A DNA stretch of 64,000 nucleotides from a virus. Every line of letters starts with the position of its first letter. Positions within the stretch are counted from its first letter, which is position 1. The position numbers were made by a program, and so were the translations under genes. Shown here one piece after another: positions 57,309 to 64,000 of the stretch. The notes beneath the pieces are model-generated. The model did not search any database and was not told where the DNA came from. It saw only the letters and a program-made list of their open reading frames with translations. The stretch covers positions 1-64,000 of IMG/VR virus record IMGVR_UViG_3300032770_000007; one strand, 5' to 3'.

Positions 57309-59183
57309 TTATATCTCACATACCCCAGAAACGCATGCAAGAGTATGACTATTTTTAGTTGTATCAGTTTCCTCTTTGAAGTTGGTCCAATCAATATCAA
57401 CATTCATTTCTTTTACAAAACTTTCATATTCTTCTTTTGTAATCTCTGTATAAGGTGCTTGACGATAAGAGCCATTATCTCTGGGCAAGAAACTAACACC
57501 AGATAGTATCTGAATGTTCTTATAGCACCAGGTTCCCACCTCTAACCATTCATCCTCACCGACGTATATAGTGATACTTGGTTTGTGTTCACACCAATGT
57601 TCTTGATAAACCTTCCAGAGTTCTAGTTGTTGAATGGCAGAACGATCATTTCTTGTGATTGCTCCATTAGGCGCCTTGATTGGAAATGAGAACACCCAAT
57701 TGGTTTTTTGATAGAAATCTTCTTCAGCCTTGAAGCCAGATTTGATCATGTAATCAGCCAAAGGATCCTTCTTATCCATCCTCACTCTGCGTATATAGTA
57801 AGCTGAGTATCTAGGATGGATCCCAGAGGCACTATCTACCAATTGTGATACTGTTCCTGATGGTTTGATGCAGGTAATGGCTGCTGATGGATTGATACCC
57901 ATGTAACCAGCAAATTCTTTATTGGTTGATACTGCTACTTCTCGCATTTCATCTAATATATTTGGATTTACTCCAGAATTCAATAGAGAGTTATCCATGA
58001 TCCCTGTAAGACTAACACCAAGCAATCTTTCTTCTTCAGTATTTGTTTTCCATTTCTTATTGAGATAACGAAAATCTGAAAGAGTTGATTGAAGGGTTCC
58101 TAATATAGAAGCCAATCTAATTTTTTTCTTAATATCATTCAAAGTATCTTCTGCTCTAATGACTACTTCTGAAAGATTACAGAACTGATAAGGACGTAGA
58201 ATGATTTCAGAACAAGGATTGGTACCATATTCTATTTCAACATCACGTCTACCATATTTTGCGGCTTGTTGCTGAGAAGCCTTTCTACTAAAGATCCCTC
58301 TTTCACCAGAATGACTTTCAAACAGACTGAGCCATTCTTTCATAAAGATACCTATTTCGGGTTTCTGTTCATAGACGGCCGAATTATTTGAAAGAGCTCT
58401 GTGAGCATTCTTATTCCACCATTCACCAAACTTAGCCAATCTCATATGATCATCATTCAGATCACTAAGAGATATGAGAGCAGAACGTCTGACTCCTCCA
58501 CTGACAACCACATCAGCAACTTTACAAACCAAATCATGGCATTCTATTGTTGTTAGTTTTCTACCTTTGGCTCTGGCAAATAGATCAATGGTATAATTGA
58601 GTAGATCAACTAGTGGTTCTGGACCTGATGATCTACCACCAAAAGTTTTCAATCTTGCACCAGCTGGTCTAAGTTTTGATACATCCCACTTAGGAACCTT
58701 ACCAGAATACAATAAAGAAAGAAACTCTCTATAACCTGATGCCCAACCAATACGACTATCCTTAAAAATAATAGTGGTATCAGTAGGATGAAACTCATCA
58801 GGAACTTCTGGAAGTTTATTTGTGTATCGACTTTCAATAGAAAATCCTACACCAGTCCCGCACATTAAGATATACATTATTTCATCAAATGCTTTTACAT
58901 TGTCTATTGTTACATAAGAACAATTATATCCAGCGCATTGATCTATATCAAGAGCATCACCAGCAGTCATTAGTGCTCTCATTGAAGGCATGACTTCAAG
59001 ATTCAAAATGGCCGCATGAAGTTCATCCCAAGGGATCTTCCTTGATCCGGCGGAAATTCTATTCTTGAAGTATTTGATATATCTCGTTATTGTTTCTTCC
59101 CAAGTTTCTCTTCTTCCCAAGTCATCATAAAATCGTGCATATTTGGATACATGTATCCAACTTTGATAGGAGGTTGGTAGCAT
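57309..59183 (-). CDS. nrdJ: Class II (adenosylcobalamin-dependent) ribonucleotide reductase
   Basis: RRETWEET..RY, PSMRALM, YNC, GTGVG, GGVRRSA, TNPCSEI, KPSGTVSQL, C-terminal ACVSGVCE; no beta subunit adjacent. Confidence 0.92.
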   Translation of the reverse strand: MLPTSYQSWIHVSKYARFYDDLGRRETWEETITRYIKYFKNRISAGSRKIPWDELHAAILNLEVMPSMRALMTAGDALDIDQCAGYNCSYVTIDNVKAFDEIMYILMCGTGVGFSIESRYTNKLPEVPDEFHPTDTTIIFKDSRIGWASGYREFLSLLYSGKVPKWDVSKLRPAGARLKTFGGRSSGPEPLVDLLNYTIDLFARAKGRKLTTIECHDLVCKVADVVVSGGVRRSALISLSDLNDDHMRLAKFGEWWNKNAHRALSNNSAVYEQKPEIGIFMKEWLSLFESHSGERGIFSRKASQQQAAKYGRRDVEIEYGTNPCSEIILRPYQFCNLSEVVIRAEDTLNDIKKKIRLASILGTLQSTLSDFRYLNKKWKTNTEEERLLGVSLTGIMDNSLLNSGVNPNILDEMREVAVSTNKEFAGYMGINPSAAITCIKPSGTVSQLVDSASGIHPRYSAYYIRRVRMDKKDPLADYMIKSGFKAEEDFYQKTNWVFSFPIKAPNGAITRNDRSAIQQLELWKVYQEHWCEHKPSITIYVGEDEWLEVGTWCYKNIQILSGVSFLPRDNGSYRQAPYTEITKEEYESFVKEMNVDIDWTNFKEETDTTKNSHTLACVSGVCEI

Positions 59184-59242
59184 TATTTGCCTTTTTATTT
59201 CGAAGGGTTTTTGTTATGTGATATACTTAGTAAAACTAAGTC

Positions 59243-59923
59243 TTAGTTTTCAATAAAAGCTTTGACTGCTCTAGGCACAATAGGAGTTATCAAATCAATC
59301 ATAGCCTTAGCATAAACTCTTATTTCCATTTGAGCATGCTCATGTAGTCTTAGTTTCAAAAAATGAAATAAATTATGTAGATCAACTGTAGCAAACATTC
59401 TACTATAAGTTGATAATGGTAATACAGTCCTGGCTAGTTCTCTAGGACAATTGGATTCAATCAACCTCTTATAGACTTTGAAAGAATCTTTACAACTAAG
59501 TTCTATTGATTTACCTAGAATCTGAGAAAAAGGATGCTCTTCAGTAGTCCTCATTTGTTTATTTGAAGAACTTTGAGTTGTTATATTCTTGAGATCAGGA
59601 ACATAAAATCCTTCATCAAGTTCAGTATATCTGCCACTGATTTCATTATAGGACCAGGTGCGATGTCTATGCCACTGTCTGAATACAAATATGGGTGCCT
59701 TGACTTCAAAGGTAAATATTACACTTTCAAATGGGGAAGTATGTTTATTCTTCCAAAGATATTGTATTAGTTTTTCATCCTTCTTTTCATCACCTTCTCT
59801 CCAATCAGCATTGTAAGATACTCTTGCTGAACGAACAATACTCAAATCATCTCCCATGCTATCAACTAATCTAACAAAACCAGGCTCACCATCAACACAA
59901 GGCAACACATCAATCTTTTCCAT
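59243..59923 (-). CDS. thyX: Flavin-dependent thymidylate synthase
   Basis: H.SPFE, RQWHRHRTWSYNEISGRY, ELAR.VLP, HAQ.EIR. Confidence 0.95.
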   Translation of the reverse strand: MEKIDVLPCVDGEPGFVRLVDSMGDDLSIVRSARVSYNADWREGDEKKDEKLIQYLWKNKHTSPFESVIFTFEVKAPIFVFRQWHRHRTWSYNEISGRYTELDEGFYVPDLKNITTQSSSNKQMRTTEEHPFSQILGKSIELSCKDSFKVYKRLIESNCPRELARTVLPLSTYSRMFATVDLHNLFHFLKLRLHEHAQMEIRVYAKAMIDLITPIVPRAVKAFIEN

Positions 59924-60671
59924 TCATTTTACTCCAAAATATAAGTTCCCATCTACCATCCAGGTGTTCAACTAATGCTGAACAAGATTCAACCCAATCA
60001 CCTGTATTCATATAGGTGAAAGTATCTTCTATGATAATGGGTTTGTGGATATGACCACAAATCACTCCATTGTAATCTCTCTTTTCAGCATAATGGCGCA
60101 GGTGTTCTTCAAATTTATTAATGAATTGAACTGCCTCTTTAACCTTATGCTTTAAAAACAGACTCAATGACCAATAATCTTTTCCTAATAAATTTCTAAA
60201 CCAATTGAACTTGTCATTGATTATAAGTAATATTTCATATGCCCAATCTCCAAGGTGACTCAACCAACCCAACTTCATGAAATGATCAAACAAATCACCA
60301 TGGATAACCAAATACTTTTTACCATTTATTCCTGTATATACAAACTGATTATCAATATGTACATTACCAAAGTTCAAAGAATGTTTGATGAAAGGTCTAA
60401 CAAATTCATCATGGTTTCCAATAGCCCAATAGACTTTGGTTCCTTCTTTGGCTTTTTTCAAAATATGATGTATTACATTTACATGCGTCTGAGGAAAATA
60501 CCAACGACGATGAAGAGCCCATCCATCAATGATATCTCCAATCAGATACAAATTTTCACAATCATGAAAGCTTAAAAAATTATCTAGTAAGGTACTCTTA
60601 CAACCTCTGGTTCCTAAATGGGTATCACTAATAAAGATAGATTTATATTTGATCTTAGCTGGTACCTTCAT
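59910..60671 (-). CDS. LpxH-like metallophosphoesterase
   Basis: FISDTHLG, GDIIDGW, GNHD, HGD.FD, CGHIH, N.GDWVESC. Confidence 0.8.
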   Translation of the reverse strand: MKVPAKIKYKSIFISDTHLGTRGCKSTLLDNFLSFHDCENLYLIGDIIDGWALHRRWYFPQTHVNVIHHILKKAKEGTKVYWAIGNHDEFVRPFIKHSLNFGNVHIDNQFVYTGINGKKYLVIHGDLFDHFMKLGWLSHLGDWAYEILLIINDKFNWFRNLLGKDYWSLSLFLKHKVKEAVQFINKFEEHLRHYAEKRDYNGVICGHIHKPIIIEDTFTYMNTGDWVESCSALVEHLDGRWELIFWSKMNGKD

Positions 60672-60700
60672 TGCATACTCGTTTTGTCCTTGTCATCTAT

Positions 60701-61765
60701 TTACCACCTTTTCCAGCAATCAAAATAGATTTGAGCCATAGTTCCTTGATAAGTATGCGTTTTCATAATAGAATGTATTTCTGGAATAGAAATACCATTA
60801 ATAACCATCTCATTAATATCTTTACCATTAATGTCATCTGGCCAAATAACTACAAAATGACCAGCCGCAATGCTATCTTGAATGTGTCTAACGATTTCCT
60901 TATTCCTGGGTTCATTATCATAAACCAGAATCAAATCACCACAATCAGGATAAGCCTGTTTAAAATCTCTTGCTAACAGATCCAGACTGGCATCACCAGA
61001 AGCAATAGCATTATCTAAAAACATGCTATCTATTTCACCTTCAGTAATATAGATTGGTCCTGGGTGAATATCTTTCAAACCGAACAACTTGCGACTATTC
61101 TCTTCACCAGCAATCCTGGTCTTTATATAGCGCAACTTATTTCCGGCTGCCAGACCTCTACCACAAACATGGGTAATATTACCATTCAAATCAGTTAGGA
61201 ACCAAACTAATCTAGGATCCTTTTCTACTAACTCTTTCTTATGCTGGGGATAAAAGTTATCCATGTATTTCTTGAAGTCATTGGTATAATATAAATCTGG
61301 CCAATGTTCTTTTGGTATCTTACGATTTACCACATACCAACGCGCATAATGTTCTTCTGGTAATTTATCAATAGGTTGAATAGAGTTATCATCGAGTTCT
61401 ATTAGTCGTTGTCTAAGTTTGTCAGGCGTAATATCTTTTTTGATAATAGTATTTTCTGTCTTTTTTGGGTTCCAATCATTTCTTTTTTTTCTATTGACAA
61501 ACTTCTCTAAGACATATTCTCTATGATAAACTGGATCTATATTCTTTAACAAAAAACTGAAAGTGGCTGAAGTACCACAATTGTGGCAATGATATCTAAG
61601 ATTATTATCAGCCTCATAGACATAGCCTCTTGCCTTCAGATTATTAATCTGACTATCCCCACAGATAGGACAAGAAAAGTTGAATAGATTAGTGCGCTTC
61701 TCTTTGAAGTTGCGCAATCTATTAGAAATAAGTAAAAGATATTTTCTATCTATCCAAAGACCCAT
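60701..61765 (-). CDS. gp61: DNA primase gp61
   Basis: CPICGDS....KARG, CHNCG, ITEGEIDSMFL.N, DNEPRN, KDINEM. Confidence 0.95.
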   Translation of the reverse strand: MGLWIDRKYLLLISNRLRNFKEKRTNLFNFSCPICGDSQINNLKARGYVYEADNNLRYHCHNCGTSATFSFLLKNIDPVYHREYVLEKFVNRKKRNDWNPKKTENTIIKKDITPDKLRQRLIELDDNSIQPIDKLPEEHYARWYVVNRKIPKEHWPDLYYTNDFKKYMDNFYPQHKKELVEKDPRLVWFLTDLNGNITHVCGRGLAAGNKLRYIKTRIAGEENSRKLFGLKDIHPGPIYITEGEIDSMFLDNAIASGDASLDLLARDFKQAYPDCGDLILVYDNEPRNKEIVRHIQDSIAAGHFVVIWPDDINGKDINEMVINGISIPEIHSIMKTHTYQGTMAQIYFDCWKRW

Positions 61766-62327
61766 GATATCTTCTCAATGCAGCTATTCGTAACTTTTCT
61801 TTATGTTCTGGAGATTTGGGTTTGCCTTTCAACGCTAAACTATGTTTTTGTTTAGATTCTTCACTAAGTGTCCAAGTTTTTCCAAGACAAGAATGATGAC
61901 CTTTGCCGAACTGATTTCCCATCATTTGAATTCTACGTTTTTCACGTATATCTAATCGTTGATTCATTTTAGCAGTTTGGGGTTTAGGTAATCCTTTATG
62001 ACCCATACCAATTTTACGTTTATGTTCTTCACTTTTAGGACCAGAAGTACCTTCTCCGCCATTAGTATGATTCAACAAAGGCCCTTGATCTAAATCTCTT
62101 CGCCCAAATATTGCTATTAGATCCTGTTCAAACCAAAAAGCATCTGATTCAGAATCTACATAAGCGATTTCTATTAAATGATGTAATCCCATTTCATTTA
62201 GTATTCTAATACGACCTTGAACAAATTTATTATGCGAACCAAGATCATATATCCGTTTACCTTGACCTTTACCAACATAAAAAGGAAGACGTGTTCTTGG
62301 ATCAATGTATAGATACGTATAGAACAT
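61746..62327 (-). CDS. GIY-YIG-like homing endonuclease with NUMOD3 repeats
   Basis: YTYLY.DP...FYVGKG.G.R, LLNHTNGGEG; paralog of 392..1048. Confidence 0.78.
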   Translation of the reverse strand: MFYTYLYIDPRTRLPFYVGKGQGKRIYDLGSHNKFVQGRIRILNEMGLHHLIEIAYVDSESDAFWFEQDLIAIFGRRDLDQGPLLNHTNGGEGTSGPKSEEHKRKIGMGHKGLPKPQTAKMNQRLDIREKRRIQMMGNQFGKGHHSCLGKTWTLSEESKQKHSLALKGKPKSPEHKEKLRIAALRRYHGSLDR

Positions 62328-62351
62328 TATATACTGAATATGTGAAAGAGT

Positions 62352-62728
62352 TTAGGCTTTGAGTTTGCTTTCTGCTTCGAGAGCTCTTTGACGCCAGTAA
62401 TCTCTTCTTCTATAGGCCATTGCTATCATTTGCTCAACACAGCTGGTGCCATCACCAGGCCAAGCAGGCACACTACCTTGATGTAATAAAGCATCTAGAA
62501 TAGCAATCATGCAATCAGCACTATTATATTCTATATCATAATCAGCTACCCAACAATCACCATTCCATCCTCTCCAAAGTGCCTGATACATTCCATGCTT
62601 ATAATCATATTTTTCTTTAAACAACGCATCAAAGTTCTTACTAATTTTTCCCTCAGCCACAGCCTTATCATAGGCTGCTTCAATCTCAGGATTATATGTC
62701 TTTTTATAGTTTTCTAGAGTATCACTCA
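62352..62728 (-). CDS. Hypothetical protein
   Basis: ORF coupled to the o-spanin stop, likely start MSDTLENY. Confidence 0.5.
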
Positions 62729-63001
62729 TTTGCCACCCTTGGTAATATTTTTGGCAGTGTTTATTATCCATTGCTGGAGATTGGTAAGTTCTGTAGCATT
62801 TTCCTTGGCTATTTCATTGTTCTTTGTAGCTATAGATAATGCTGTCTTAGCATCAGTTCCAGCATCCCCAGGTATGGTTAATAGAGGCTTAGCAGGAACC
62901 ATTATTTCTGCTGGAGGAGTGGGCATGTATGGAGTTTGTACTTCTACTCTGGTAGTGGTACAGCCAACCAATAATAGAGACAATAATATAAGTAATCTCA
63001 T
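62726..63001 (-). CDS. o-spanin (Rz1-like lipoprotein)
   Basis: LLVGC lipobox, Pro-rich, NN......L..LQ.WI. Confidence 0.75.
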   Translation of the reverse strand: MRLLILLSLLLVGCTTTRVEVQTPYMPTPPAEIMVPAKPLLTIPGDAGTDAKTALSIATKNNEIAKENATELTNLQQWIINTAKNITKGGK

Positions 63002-63390
63002 TTGGTTGCTCCTGTTACTGATTGATTATACAAGTCTACCCATTCTTGACTTAGAGCACAAGAAGTAGTTCCATTTTGATTTGTAAGTATAGTCAATGAA
63101 TTTGCTGCTATCTCAGCCAACTTCTTTTGAATAGCAGCATTTGAATCTTGTAAGGTTTTGATTTGACCTTGTAACTGATTCACTGAAGTCGCATCAACGA
63201 CAGTCTGCGTTTTTTGAATATCAATAGTCTTGTTCTGATCTTTGATTATTTGAGCAGCCTGTTTAGCTTCTTCATGCTGTTCACCTTTTATCCAACCACC
63301 ACAAAATGCTCCTCCTACGATCAGGATTATTAGTCCTACTCGTATCAAAAGAGCATAAGGTTCTGGTATTAAACTTTCAATGAGATTCAT
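62998..63390 (-). CDS. i-spanin (Rz-like)
   Basis: N-terminal TM, coiled coil, C.L...WV.LYN. Confidence 0.7.
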   Translation of the reverse strand: MNLIESLIPEPYALLIRVGLIILIVGGAFCGGWIKGEQHEEAKQAAQIIKDQNKTIDIQKTQTVVDATSVNQLQGQIKTLQDSNAAIQKKLAEIAANSLTILTNQNGTTSCALSQEWVDLYNQSVTGATK

Positions 63391-63405
63391 AATAAAAACT
63401 CCATA

Positions 63406-63693
63406 TTAGCCATTCTGGCTTGATGTATTTTGTCCTGGCTCTGTATCCTGCTTAAGTTTGATAGTTACTCCAGCTGCACCCATGATCGTACCAAAACCAA
63501 TAGACCAATTTATATAGTCAAATGGTAGACCCTTATGAAGGACATTCCAGGCTGTCATTGCTAGGTAAAATATTGAACCAAAGAACCAAGATACTCTGGC
63601 TAGATCATATGTCTGTCCATCAATACCAGTCAAACAATGCTTGATTAAAGTATCAAGCAACTTAGGAAGTTTAGGAAATTTTATTCTTCTCAT
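63406..63693 (-). CDS. Putative holin-like two-TM protein
   Basis: Two TM helices between the endolysin-like gene and the spanins. Confidence 0.5.
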   Translation of the reverse strand: MRRIKFPKLPKLLDTLIKHCLTGIDGQTYDLARVSWFFGSIFYLAMTAWNVLHKGLPFDYINWSIGFGTIMGAAGVTIKLKQDTEPGQNTSSQNG

Positions 63694-64000
63694 ATAGCCT
63701 GCCCATCAGTTACCCAATATTTGTAGTTGTGAAAAAACTGTCCCTGTGTTGCTGCTCCAAGAGGAGTGTTATAATATTCCTTGTAATAGTTCCAAAGACC
63801 ATTCAAATCAGTGGCAGAAGGTAATGTACCAGGTTTTCTGGCATAATGTACTCTGGCCATTGCGATGGCATATGGATCATTATTTATGAGAACTTCTGCG
63901 GTATTGTTTCCGCCTGCCAAATCTTTGATTTGTCCTGATAGATCATCATGATATTTGAGATAATTTGTCCAGATATCATCATGGTCCTCTTTTTCCATTT
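63690..64000 (-). CDS. Endolysin/transglycosylase-like protein (C-terminal part)
   Basis: YAIAMARVHY.R.P..LP, YYK.YYNT..G; upstream of holin and spanins. Confidence 0.6.
   Translation of the reverse strand, partial: MEKEDHDDIWTNYLKYHDDLSGQIKDLAGGNNTAEVLINNDPYAIAMARVHYARKPGTLPSATDLNGLWNYYKEYYNTPLGAATQGQFFHNYKYWVTDGQAI

Noticed and set aside
1-64000. Genome-wide TAG recoding suggested by the CTA tRNA
   Set aside because: Core genes are full length in code 11 and several terminate at TAG at their expected ends.

Overview
A 64-kb segment of a large, AT-rich T4-like (Tevenvirinae-related) myovirus genome, probably infecting a Gram-negative host (PagL-like barrel, spanins). Almost all genes are on the minus strand. 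1-12.2 kb: baseplate/tail genes (gp6, gp25, gp5, gp27-like hub, gp53, gp48, gp4, gp2, gp54, gp26, gp51, tape measure) interrupted by free-standing homing endonucleases. 12.8-17.5 kb: gp32, gp59, gp33, GuaC. 17.7-40 kb: accessory region with a permuted tmRNA, a Pth2-domain gene, a MotA/TolQ-type trio, Rnl1/Pnk RNA repair, NAMPT/NadM NAD salvage, DNA ligase and a GGQ release-factor domain. 40-47.6 kb: a tRNA array that, with two outlying genes, totals about 34 tRNAs covering all 20 amino acids, mixed with non-tRNA RNAs. 54-64 kb: RuvC-like, class II RNR, ThyX, primase and lysis genes. Signals absent from the ORF track: (1) a leader peptide with two in-frame TAG codons followed by an RGPP arrest motif, abutting a hairpin that hides the RBS of the Pth2-domain gene, 2.4 kb downstream of an amber-suppressor tRNA; (2) a ~245-nt minimal RNase P RNA with a covaried catalytic core; (3) four tandem CCA-ended, non-cloverleaf RNAs with a shared fold; (4) a complete -1 frameshift cassette fusing gp26 to gp51 just before the tape measure; (5) two large unexplained structured non-coding regions. 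All calls come from manual reading; no searches were run.
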